A program made the position numbers and the translations under genes. The notes under the pieces were generated by a model, which saw only the letters and a program-made list of their open reading frames with translations, was not told the DNA's origin and did no database searches. Below are positions 46,348-59,034 of a stretch of 59,795 nt of DNA, one piece after another. The number at the start of each line of letters is the position of its first letter. Position 1 is the stretch's first letter. The stretch covers positions 1 to 59,795 of the forward strand of contig JAPDFW010000036.1 of the NCBI GenBank assembly GCA_028826165.1. Reading direction: 5' to 3'. The DNA is from Anaeramoeba ignava BMAN. Lineage: Eukaryota; Protista; Anaeramoebae.

Positions 46348-49300
46348 TCAATTTTTTTGATTATTATTTTTAACATTTTTAGAAATTGAAAAAGAATTTG
46401 GATCAATAGCAATACTTTTAGTACAATTATGAGTTTTATAAATTCCAACTAATCTATCAGCCAATTCAAACATTGAATTTCTCAAACTAATAATAATAAA
46501 TTGAGCATTTTTAGTTCTTTCCTTAATATAATTCCCAACAATAGAAACATTTCTAAAATCCAAAGCAGCATCAATTTCATCCATAACATAAAAAGGGGTT
46601 GGTTTATAATGATGAAGAGCAAAAACCAAAGCAAGAGAACTAAGTGTTTTTTCTCCACCAGAAAGATTAGAAATATTTTTCCAACTTTTTGAGCAGGTCT
46701 AACAGAAAACAAAATTCCTTCTGAAAAAGGGTCTAAAGAGTCAACCAATTCCAATTCAGCATCTCCTCCAAGTGTAATCATTTGATACATCTCTTTCAAT
46801 TTCATTGTAATTTCTGCAAATCCTGTCATAAATTCTTCAAGTCTGTTTCTTAAGTTATCATAGTTTTCTCTTGCTTTTTCTCTTTCGCTTGTGATTTGAT
46901 CCAGTTTTGTTAGTTTCTCTGAATATTCTTGTTCTTTCTTTCGATATTCTTGAATTGCTGACATGTTTGGTTTTAATTGTTCAAGTGTTTCTTCAAGAAT
47001 AGTAATTTCATATTGAACATCTTTTTCTTTTGAATTTTTCAAGTTCTTCTTCAGAATTTATAATTTGTAATTCTTCTTCTTCATTCAATGCAATTTTTCT
47101 TTTGAATTGTTTTTGAAGTTTTGCAATCTCTTCTTTGCATTGTTCAGTTTTTTGTGTGTTTGTTTTCATAAATCTTTTGTAATCATCAAGTTGATTCATG
47201 ATATCAACTTCAATACTTCTGAAATTACTTAATTTTTGATTCAATTCTTCGTAATCTTTTTGTTGTTTTTGATTTCTTCCTCTTTTTATTTAACAATTTC
47301 TGAGCATTCAAATAAGCTTGTCTAACAACTAGTGCTTCCTTTTCAATTTGACTAATTTCTTCAACAATTTTCTTCTTTTCTTCTCCTACTTTTGTGTATT
47401 CTTTTTTGGTATTTTCAATTGTCTTTTTTGATCTTTCAATTGTTCTTTCTGATGTTTTAATAAGTGCTTTTGATTTTGCAACAATCTTATTTGTTTCCTC
47501 AATATTTGTCTTTAAACTTGAAACCTCCTCTTCTTGTTTTGCAAGTTTAGCTCCTCCAACTTCGCGAATTTTTTGTGATAATTTTTCAATCTCAGATTCA
47601 ACTTCATCTCTTTTGGAAACTGATTTTTCAAGTTTCTTTTTAAAATCAATAATTGATTTATTCAGTGTTTGAATTCTTTTTTCATCTTTTGGATCTTCTT
47701 TTGATTGTGAAACAAATATTGGTATTTGTTGCTCAATTTCTTTATTTTGTGCCAAAAGAGAATCAATAGCCATATTTAGTTTCTTGATTTCTAATTGATG
47801 TTGTGAAATTTCATCAATCAAGTTTTTGATTTGCTTTTCCATTTCAAGTTTTTGATTTTCAAATTGCTTGAGTTGCTCTTGTTTTTGCAATAATTTCTTT
47901 TCCATTTCTTGCATTTCTTGTTTAGATAATATTGGAGTATCCATTTTTGTGTTCATTCCTCCTTTTAAAATTTTCTTTCCTCCTCCACTCATTGTTCCTG
48001 ATATATCAATTAATTGTCCTTGCAAAGTAACAACTCGATATCTTGTTTTGTAATTGAAAGCAACTCTTTTTGCTTGTGATAAATCTTCTGCAACAAGTGT
48101 ATCTCTAAGTGCATAATAAAATGCAATTTTATAAGAATCTTTTTTGAACTCAATTAAATCAAATAATCTTGGAATATTTTCTGGTGTTTTAATTGGTGCT
48201 TCCATTGCTTTTCTTAAATGTTCAATTTTCTCAAGAATAATACAAGTTGCTCTTCCAAGATTAAATTCTCTAAGAAATTCAATACATTTCTGTCCATCTT
48301 CTGTTGTTTCAAGAACAAGATTATATAAAGCACTACAAGCTGTTGAAATTGCAATATCATATTTTTCATTAATTTTCCCAAGTTCACCAAGTCTTCCCTA
48401 ATATAATAATATAAATATTAAATATTAAAAATATTCTTTTATTTTTTTTTCTTTTACATGAAATCCTGTTAAAACTCCTCTTTTAGATGCTTTTCGTATT
48501 TCATCATATAATTTCCCTTGACTTTTAGTTTGCTCTCTTGCTTTTTTTTCTTCATCAATTTGTGTTGATATTTTTCTCGTTTCATGTTGAAGTTTTTCAA
48601 TCTCTTGAGAATTTTTTTCATTCTTCTGTTTTAATGATTCAAGTAATTTTGTTTTCTTTCTTTCTTCTTTTTGATTTTCTTTAATTTTCTTTTTATTCTC
48701 TTCAATTATTTTAGAGTTTTTTTCAAGACTTATTTGAAGATTTTCAAGTTGTTTTGTAATTGATTCTTTTTTTTCAATTAAAATTTTAAGTTCAGCATCA
48801 GCAACTTGTTTTTAGATTGCCAAAGAGAAACATCTTCATTCAAAGGAATAATTTCTTTTTGTTTCATTTCCAATTCATTTCTTATTTCAGTTGTTTTATC
48901 TAAATTATTTGAAAGAATAATAATTTTTATTATTAATTTTTTTATTATTTTTTTATTAATAATTCAAACCTTGTAATTCTTTATACATTTTCTCAAGAAC
49001 TTCTTCTGCTTGAATTAATTTATCACTTAAATCTTGTAATTTCTTTTCTGAATCTTCAATTGCTTTTTTTACTTTCTTCTTTAATTTTTTGATGTTCTTG
49101 TTCTTTTTTTTCTTCTTTTTGGATTTTTTTCTCAAGTTTTTAAATGAAGATTCATTATGTTTAAAACTTTCTTGACATTTTATATCTTTTCTTTCAAAAA
49201 TAGCAAAATCAGCTTTACTTCTATTCATTTCGGAAAGAATTTCTTCAAATACTTTTTGACTTTCTTTAAATGTTTTTCTAATGAACGTAATTCATTAGTT

Positions 49301-50341
49301 CTTTCTTCAACTTTTTTTCTTTCAAATTCCAATTTTTCTTCAAGTTCTAATTTTTTTTCTTCAACAGATTTAATATTTTTAGAAGCTTTTAAACCTGCTA
49401 AATTGATTAAAATTGATTTTTTTTCTAAAAGTTGTTTTTGTTTTGCAAGATAATCTTCAGCTTCATTTTTTGCTCCTTCAAGAGAATCCTAATTAATTTT
49501 TAAATAATTTAAATAATTATAATAAATTGAATAATTTTAATAATTTGAATAATTTGAATAATTTTAATAATTTAAATAATTTTAATAATTTTAATAATTT
49601 TAATAATTTTAATAATTTTAATAATTTAAATAATTTTAATAATTTTAATAATTTTATTAATAAATACTTTTTCTTTCTCAATAACTTTCACAACATTTAA
49701 TTGAGCTGAACGTTTTTCATTAAAACTTTCAACTTCTTTTTCTGCTTCTTCAATCAAAGGAATAAATCTATTTGAACCAATAATATCTTCAAGATATTCC
49801 AAAAGTCCTTCTTCATGATCACTTTGAGCTTTAGGTTTCATCAAAGCAATTTGTTCGACTTCTCCTTGTAAAATTAAGAAACGATTATGATCCAAATCAA
49901 TTGCTCTTTCTTTCAATAAGGAAATAACTTCAGTAAAATTTGATTTCTTATCATTTATAAAATAACTACTTCCTCCTTTTTTTTTAACAACTCTTTGAAC
50001 CCAAAATTGACTATTTTCAACAACTTGATAAGAATCATCTGATTCATCAATGATTTCTTGAAAATAAACTGTTACACTTGCTTGTTTTATATTTTGATGT
50101 TGTTCCGAATTATGAATCAATTCGGATAATTTACTTTGTCTTATTTGTTTTGCTCGTTTTCCAAATACAAATAACATTGAATCAATAACATTACTTTTTC
50201 CACTTCCATTAGGTCCTACTACACTTGTGAAATTTTTGTGGAATGGTCCTATATAATGTTTTCCTGCATAACTTTTAAAATTATCAACTACAATATGATG
50301 TATCATTAATCTTTTTGATTTAATTTATTTTTTTCATTCAT
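46348..50341 (-). CDS. SMC4: Condensin subunit SMC4, broken by probable sequencing indels; 3 short introns
   Basis: NFKSYAG..GPFHKNFTSVVGPNGSGKSNVIDSMLFVFG; RFLILQGEVEQI; hinge (GRLGELG, GTMSGGG); ITLGGDAELELVDSLDPFSEG; LSGGEKT; PTPFYVMDEIDAALDFRNVSI. Start at 50341 needs one extra A; 50306 is the alternative. Confidence 0.95.
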
Positions 50342-50468
50342 TTTTTATTTTAAAAAAAAGGAAAATGAAATTAGAAAAAAAATTAAAATTAAAAATTAAA
50401 AATATAACCGTTAAATTGTTTTTATTTTATTTAACGTTTTTATTTTTAATTCTTTTTGTTCTTTTAAT

Positions 50469-53400
50469 TTATTTTCTTTTTCTTTTTCTTTTTCTTTTTA
50501 TTATTTTTCTTCTTGATTTTCTTTTTGGAGATTTTAATTTAATTTCTTTTTCAATTTTAATTTCATTTTCTTTATTAATTTCTTTTTCTTGTTTTGGTGT
50601 TTGATAATGTTTTTCTTCTTCTTTTTGAATTAATAATTTAAAATTATTAAATTTTTTAATCAATTCTTCATTTGAATAAATTTCTTCTAAATTTGAATTT
50701 AATATAATTTCTTTTATAATTTCTTGATTAAATAAATTTTTTAATTTTGATTCTTTTTGTTCCACTTTTTTTAAATTAAATTTTAATTCTTTTCTTAATG
50801 AAATTATTATTAAAATTTTAATTACTTTTTTAAATGAAATTATTATTTTCTTCTTCTTCTTTTTCTTTTCTTCTTCATTTGAAAATATTTTTTGAAATAA
50901 TTGATTAAAATTATGAATAAATGAGAAATTATAATTTGAAATTATTCCAATTATTTTTTGAATTAATTTTGTTAATTCTTTTCTTGTTATTTGTAAAGAA
51001 ATTATTGAAATGATTCTTGAAATAAAAATATAAAATTCTAAATCAATTTCTTCTTTTTCCAAATTTTCAAAATTTTCAATTAATTTTTCTAAAAATTCAA
51101 TTTTTGATTTAAATTATCTTTTTCTAAAAATTCTAAAAATTGAGAAAATTGTTGGAATTTTTGATCAAAAATTTGATTAAATGAATAAATTTTCTTCCAA
51201 AATTGATAAATCATCTTAATTAAAATAATAATAGTTTGATTTTTGAAAATGAACTTTTTCTTTGAATAATTTTGTTTAAAAATTTTGAATGAAAAATATT
51301 TGTTAGTAATATTTGAATCAAATTGAAGACAAATCAAATATTTTGAAATTTGTTCTGGATGAATATATCCATTTTTAGAAAGTTGATAAACAACATTCAA
51401 AGCTGAAAATCTAATAAATTCTGATTTATGAATCAATAATTCAATAATTTCTTTTGTAAATAAAAGAACAACACAAACATTTTCTTTTTAAATAGTTTGA
51501 ATTTTTGGATTTCTTTTTCTTCATTTTGAATTAAATATGAAAACATTCTTAATATTTGAATTTTCTCTTCATCTTTTGAATCTTTGTTTAATAAAATTGA
51601 ATTCATTTGATTTTCAAATTGAAATGTAAATTCTGGAGATTTACTAAATAAAAATGTAAGTGATTCAATTATAACTATTCTAATCTCAATCTCTTCTACA
51701 TTTTCATAATAGTAGTTTAATAAAAGAATAAAGAGAATTAAAAATGATTCTCTTGAATTTTCAATTAAATCTTCTTGTTCTTGTTGTTGAATATCTATTA
51801 AAAATTGATTTGAATTTCCAAAATATTTACAAAATACTCCAATAATATAAATTGAATGAATAATTTGTTTTGAAATTGGATTATTTTTTAAATTTGATTT
51901 TTATATTATCATCATTAAGGAATATCATTTCTTTTTGAAAAATTTGAACTAATTTTGAATTAAAATCTTGAGGAAATTGTTTTGAAATTGAATAAAAACA
52001 TTTTATACTTGATGAAATGAGTATTTTACTTGAATTATTGATAAAATATTGAAGATAATCCACAATTTCAAAAATGAATTTTTCTTTTCAATTATAATTC
52101 TTAAAATACTAATAAATTGTTTTTATGATTTGAATTTGAATTTCATTTTGGAAAGATAAAATTATCATTATTCAATTCTTTTTGAATTTTTAAGTAATTA
52201 ATAATTGTTGAAATGAAAAGAATAATTAATTTGGTTTCTGCTTTTGTAAATACTTTCAAAGCATGAATAATTTGAAGTTGAATTTCAAGATTATTTTTAA
52301 TTGAATCAATTTCTTTCAATTTTTGTAATTTATTTTCTTTTTCTTTATAATCAAAAAATAAATTGAATAATTGTTTACATAATTTTTGAGAAGATTTAAA
52401 AACTTCATTTCTTTGATTTTTCATTAAATCTTGAATTAAATCAATAAGCCATTTTTTCCTTTTAGAATAATTAGAAAATATTTTAGATTGAAGTAATCCA
52501 AAACAATTAACAATTTGGATTACTCTAGACATAATTTGGTTATTTTGATTTTCATTTTGATTTTCTAATTGATTTTGAATTTGATTTTCATTTTGATTTT
52601 CATTTTCTAATTGATTTTCTAATTGATTTTCTAATTGATTTTCTAATTGATTTTGAATTTGATTTTCATTTTCATTTTCATTTCCTAATTGATTTTGATT
52701 TTCATTTTCTAATTGATTTTGATTTTGATTTTGATTTTGATTTTGATTTTGATTTTGATTTTGATTTTGATTTTGATTTTGATTTTGATTTTGATTTTGA
52801 TTTTGATTTTGATTTTGATTTTTATTTTCAAATTGATTTTGATTTAAATCATTTTGAAATTGATTTTGAATTTCATTTTGATTTTGATTTTGATTTAAAT
52901 CATTTTGAAATTGATTTTGATTTTGATTTTGATTTTGATTTTGATTTTGAATTTCATTTTCTAATTGATTTTGAATTTCATTTTCTAATTGATTTTCATT
53001 TTCATTTTCTAATTGATTTTGATTTTCTAATTGAATTTCATTTTGATTTTTATTTTGATTTTCTAATTGATTTTGATTTTCATTTTGATTTTGATTTTGA
53101 TTTTGATTTTGATATTGATTTTGAATTTGAATTTGATTTTGATTTTTCTTTTCTAATTGATTTTCATTTTCATTTTGATTTTGATTTTCTAATTGAATTT
53201 GAATTTGATTTTCATTTTCTAATTGATTTTCTAATTGATTTTCTAATTGATTTTCTAATTGATTTTCATTTTCATTTTCATTTCCTAATTGATTTTCATT
53301 TTCTAATTGATTTTCTAATTGATTTTCTAATTGATTTTCTAATTGATTTTCATTTAATGAATCTAAAGGAGAAAACCATAAATCTCTTATAATTTCAATA

Positions 53401-55497
53401 GAAAATTTTTTAACTCTTTCATCTAAATCATAAACTCTATTGATTATATTAATTATTATAATTGGAATCTTTTTATGTTGAGGATAAAGAATACAAATAT
53501 TTTTTAAACTTTTCAATATTGAATATCTAACATTCCCATTTTTATCTCTAATTCTCCCAATAAAATGATGAAAAAAATCTTCATTATCAATAAAAATATT
53601 TGAAATTTTTTTGTTAATTAAAATTTTTCCAATTAATTCTGTAATTAAAATTCTAACATTTGAAGATGTATCATAAATTCTTTCCAAAATTTGTTCTTTA
53701 ATTTGATTAGAAAATATTATAATTTCAGGTTGAATTTCTATTAAAGAATTTAATATTTTAATTGTAGAAATTCTCAATTTGGCTTGATTATTTGTTAAAA
53801 GTTGAGAAATTTGATTAAACATTAATTGAGAAATTGATTCAAAAGGAATATTTTTGAATTGGAAATTATTCCAAAATTTGTTTAAAATTGATAAGTTTTC
53901 ATTAATTTCTTTTCTTGAATAATAGTAAATGAATTTGAGTTTTTGTTAATAAATCATTTATATTTTCAATTTCTTTTTGAAATTCTTCCAAAAATAATTT
54001 ATTTCTTGTTTTTCTTCTGAAATACATCTAGAAAGGAATAATAAAATAATTGGAGTTGTTTCTATTGTTTTGTAATCAATTATTTTGGAAAGTTTTTTCA
54101 AATATAAATTAATAATCAATTTAGATTTCAAATTTTCTTCTTTTTCCTTATTTGAATTGTTTTGGATATTTTCAATAATTTTAATCAAATTTTGATCTTC
54201 ATTAATTTCCAAATTAAATTTATTGAGAATTTGATTTTCTTCTTTTGGAATTGATTTTGATTTTTGATTTAATTTTTCCAAATAAATCATAATTTCTCCA
54301 AATATTTTAATAAGAAAACTTTTCATTTCAACATTTTTTCATCAGATTTTAATAAAATAATAATTTCTGATATTATTTTTGTGATAATATTCTCACAAAT
54401 TGGCCAATCAAATGTAGGAAATAATCTAAATAAATCCTTTATGAAATTTTCCAAAAATTCTCTAAAAATAAATTGATGAGTTTCAATATTCTTTTCTTCA
54501 CTTTGTTTAAACATTTCAATTAATATTAATTGAATATTATAAGTGATTTTGTTTGTAATTTTTTTGTTAAATTCTTGAATTGATTCAAAATCCAAAATTG
54601 ATTGAGAAGAATTATTTTTCAAGTTTTTTGCTTCAATAATTATAATACTTTTTAATAATGAAATTATTAATCTTGTAAAATTTGATTTTTCTGGATAAAT
54701 TATTTGATCTTCTTTTATAAAGAATAAATTAATTTTTGAAGAAGAATTAATCTCTTTTGAAATGAAAATGAAAATATCATTAATAATTGAATTTCTTAAT
54801 TTTTCTTTTTGAATAAAAATTTGAACAATTATTTTAATAGATAAAATATTTAAATTCTTGTTAAATTTAGTAATTAAAGATAAAGGAATACTAAATTTAA
54901 GAATTTTGGAAATTGTTTCTTCAAGAAAATTAATTTTTTGAATAAGAGAAAATAAAATTTCTAATAAATTTAATAAATGATTTTGAATAATATCATTTTG
55001 ATTTGATTTTGGATTTAATAATAAATTGATTAATTTATTAATAAAATGAATAATATTATTGAAAATTCCTTCATTTTTTAACTAAAAAGAAAATGAAAAA
55101 TGAAAAATGAAAAATTAAAAAATAAAAATTGAGAATTAAAATTAACTTACTTGATAAGAAATTGAATTAATATTCATTATTTTTAAAAATGATTTGAGAA
55201 TATTGAATAGAATTTTGAAATGATCCAAAATCTAAATTAATTAATAATTTTTTTGATTAATTTGAATAATTTTTGAATTTAAGAATTGAATTAAATTTAA
55301 TAATAAATCAAAATTAATATTATTAATAAGATTATATTTTTCAATGATATCTAATTGAGATTTAAAAAGAAAGTAAATTTATTTCTTCTTTTTTTGATTA
55401 TTTGAAAAAGAAATTATCAAATTAATTCCTTTTTCAAATTTTTCAATTTCTTTTTATTTTGTTTTGATAAAGGAAATGAATTATTTTTCTTTTCCAT
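50469..55497 (-). CDS. NIPBL: Cohesin loader NIPBL/Scc2-like HEAT protein, highly divergent and frameshifted
   Basis: Collinear Scc2-like blocks: FLENFIKDLF..FDWP; RIYDTSSNVR..ELIGK; RIRDKNGNVR; RVYD.DERVKK..LWFSP; IRFSALNVV..GYIHPEQISKYLICL. Confidence 0.8.
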
Positions 55498-55688
55498 TTT
55501 TGTTTCTATTTTTTAAAAAAGAAATAAATGAGAATAAAAAATTTGTTTTTGTTTTTGTTTTTAAATTAAAAAAAAAAGGAAAAAATTGACATTGAAAAAA
55601 AAAGAAGAAAAAAATAAATTTTTTTTTTGTTCCACTTTTTTTTTATTATTTTTTTTAAATTTAACATTTTTATTATTTTTCAATCTTT

Positions 55689-58600
55689 TTAAATTATTAA
55701 TTTTTCTTTTAATTCTTCAATTGATTTTTTAAGTTTAGAAATTAATTTTTGTAAATTATCAATCATTTCTTTTGCATTTTGTTCTGTTTGCCTATTTGAA
55801 TCAATTAACGAAGTAAAATTACCAACAAAACCCATATGTCTTAAATAAAGTCTATTTTCAAAAAATAGAAATAAAATAAAAATAAAATTAAATTAAATTA
55901 AATTAAATTAAATTAAATTAAATTAAATTAAATTAACCTTTCCCAAAATATTAAATGACGTAAAGAATAACTTGGATAAATTAAACCATCAACTTCTTCA
56001 TAAACTTCATTTAAAAATTTAATTTTATGATCATAAATAAATGTCCATAAAGATGCTGTATTTTGTCTAACACCAATTTGATTTCGCTGCTTTTCATTAT
56101 TTTCCTAAAAACGTTCCAAATCTTAAAGATATTGAATGTTCATAAATTGTGATTAAAAACTCCTCATTAAATTGGAAAGCATGAGGGAATTGTTGCCAAA
56201 TTTGATAAACAGAATCGATCCATTGAATAAAAATAGGGGATCTTTGATTATCATTTGATTTTTCATTAGCATGACCAATTCTTTGTGAGAATTTATGACC
56301 AAAACTAATCCAATCCTTTTCAATCAAAACAATAAAACCTTCCAATGTTCTATAATAAGGATCACATAATAATTGGATAAGAGTACAAATTTGGGTTGTT
56401 CTATCCCAACCATCAGAACAATGAACAAGTAAAGAATAATCACTATCAATTAATTTTGCTCCTTTTACTGCCCAATAGACTAATTTTTGGATATGAATAA
56501 GCCATCCAGAATTATCTAATTCTGCGAACCATTTTTTATCATCATTGAAACTATATAATGCTGAGTTTATTAATTTTGTAAATGATTCTCTCATTGTATG
56601 AATATTATCAATCCCAAGAAAAGTCAATTCACTTGTTTTGTAATTATTCAATGATTCAAATCCTCCTCCTTTTGCTTTATTTGCAACTGCATTTGCTTTA
56701 GGTCTACAATCATAAATTTGTAATGGAAGTTTTGATGGATTTTTTTGTGATATAACAAGTATTAATTTTTCATCACTTTCATTTTTTGAACGAGCAACTC
56801 CTAAATATAAAATTTTAAATCAATCAATATATATATATATATATTTAAATCAATATTTATATTTAAATCAAATATTAAAATTTAAATCAATATATATTTT
56901 TGAAATAAAATATTAATTTAAATCAATCAATATTAATTTAAATCAAATATTAATTTAAATCAAATATTAATTTAAATCAATATATATATTTAAATCAAAT
57001 ATATTTAAATCAATCAATATTAATTTAAATCAAATATTAATTTAAATCAAATATTAATTTAAATCAAATATTAATTTAAATCAAATATTAATTTAAATCA
57101 ATATATATTTTTGAAATCAAATATTAATTTAAATCAACTATTAATATTTAAATCAATCAAATATTAATTTAAATCAATCAAATATTAATTTAAATCAATA
57201 TTTTTGAAAATCAATATTAATTTAAATCAAATATTAATTTAAATCAATATATATTTTTGAAATCAAATATCAATTTAAATCAATCAAATATTAATTTAAA
57301 TCAATATTAATATTTAAATCAATCAAATATTAATTTAAATCAATCAAATATTTTTGAAAATCAATCAATATATATATTTAAATCAAATATTAATTTAAAT
57401 CAAATATTAATATATATATTTATATTTACCAACTTTTGGTTGTGATGAACGACATATTGTATTTAATTTTTTTGGATTTCTCCATGTTAAAACTGGTATT
57501 CTTTGTTTAGTTCTAAATTTTTTTAATTTTTCAAGATGAGATTGTGATATATTTGAAGGGATAACAAGATATTTTGGATATGTAGTACAAATTCCAAATT
57601 CAGAATTCCAATCAACAATTTTCCATTTACTTTTTTGAGTAGATTCAATTCCTTTTAAATTTTCAATTCAATTTCAAATTCCAATAAAAAGTTTAAATAA
57701 ATAAATTTTATTACCTTGTCTTTTATATTCTTTTAAAGGATCATAAATAAACCATCCTAAATCAATAGAAGAATTTGATTTATGAAAAAAAGAAAATGTA
57801 AGTCTTAAATCATTTATAAAAGCTCTTTCAACTAATTTGGAAAATATAAATCTTCTTGAATGATTAACTTTTGGAAAATAAAATCTATAAACTCTAAAAT
57901 CTTTGCATTTAACTTCAATTCCATATGAATACATCCCTATTATATATATATAAATAAATTTTATTAAAAGAGTGTAAATCAATTTAATTTTAAATTTAAA
58001 TTTTAATTATAAAAAAACCTTTGCTTTTTTGTCCTCCAATTTTATCAGCTTTATTAATAAAACCTAATGGAATATTTGGAAGTTGTTTTGAAATTTTTTT
58101 ATCCTTTTAATTTTGAAAGAGAAAATATAATTATAATAATTAATTGCTTTAATAAAATATTTCCTCTTTTTGTTAAAAAAAATATACATAAAATGTATTA
58201 TTTTCATTTGGTTGAAAAATAATCTATAAGATGTTAAATGTAAATCCAATAATATATATAAAGTGGATCTTTATCAATTTGAGGAATTAATAATGTAACA
58301 TTTTCTGAAACTGTTAATTCTTGTTCATTTTCAATAAATTCAATTGAAGAATAAAAATTAAATCAAATTCATTTTCATCAAATTGATTAATTTTCTTTTT
58401 GAATAAAAATAATAAATAAAACTAAATAAAATTCTTAATAAAATAAGAATACATTTTTCAATTTCAATTTCATTTTTCATTTTTCATTTTCTTCAAAATT
58501 ATCAGATTGAATATCATTTTGAATAAAAGTATTTCTAGAATAATTGGATTTTCAGGTTTTATTTTTGATTTTGGAAAATAATTTTTATAATTTTGATAAT

Positions 58601-58941
58601 TTTCAAGTTGATTTAAAAAGAATTTTTTTTGAAAGATTTATTTTGATAATTGAAGTGTTTCATTCCAAAAGAATCATCTTTTTAATTTTATTTTGATTTT
58701 TGATTTTGATTTTATTTTATTGTGTTTGATTTTTATTTTTGATTTTTAATTTCATTTTTAAATTTCATTTCATTTTAGTGGATTTTTAATAATTTGTTTT
58801 TTATATCTCCCATTGAAACACTTCTTAATAAATTTTCATTTTCGAAAATTGTGTTAAAGTAATTGAACCTCTTTTTAAATTTGTATTAAGTTTAAGATTA
58901 CGTTTTTGAATCTCTAAATCCAAATATACATATTGTGTCAT
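55689..58941 (-). CDS. Myotubularin phosphoinositide 3-phosphatase (MTM1/MTMR2-like), multi-exon; 5' end uncertain
   Basis: Catalytic LVHCSDGWDRT; CTTYP; RIPVLTW; CRSSQP; DCRPKANAVANKAKGGGFES; EKDWISFGHKF; GRAM-like IEVKCKDFR; C-terminal coiled coil. Confidence 0.92.
56801..57429. repeat. Intronic ~17-bp satellite (AAATCAAATATTAATTT)n
   Basis: Myotubularin intron. Confidence 0.88.
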
Positions 58942-59034
58942 TTTAATAAATTTTAAAAATGAAAAATGAAAAATTAAAATCATTTTTTTCAATTTTTTTT
59001 TATTAAATTATTAAAATGATAATAGAAAATCAAA

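Noticed and set aside
26527-50341. Inteins in IleRS, RecQ or SMC4
   Set aside because: Conserved motifs are contiguous and lengths are normal; no C..HN-C/S/T insertion or LAGLIDADG motif seen.
46348-55497. Programmed ribosomal frameshifting or pseudogenisation of SMC4/NIPBL
   Set aside because: Breaks fall mostly in A/T homopolymers and affect all genes beyond ~44 kb, while SMC4 motifs are well conserved. Long-read consensus error is the simplest explanation; short-read polishing would decide.
14045-58941. Functional clustering of trafficking and phosphoinositide genes (SCYL1, Rab21, PROPPIN, myotubularin)
   Set aside because: They are interspersed with unrelated genes, and such families are common in amoeboid genomes; no evidence beyond chance.
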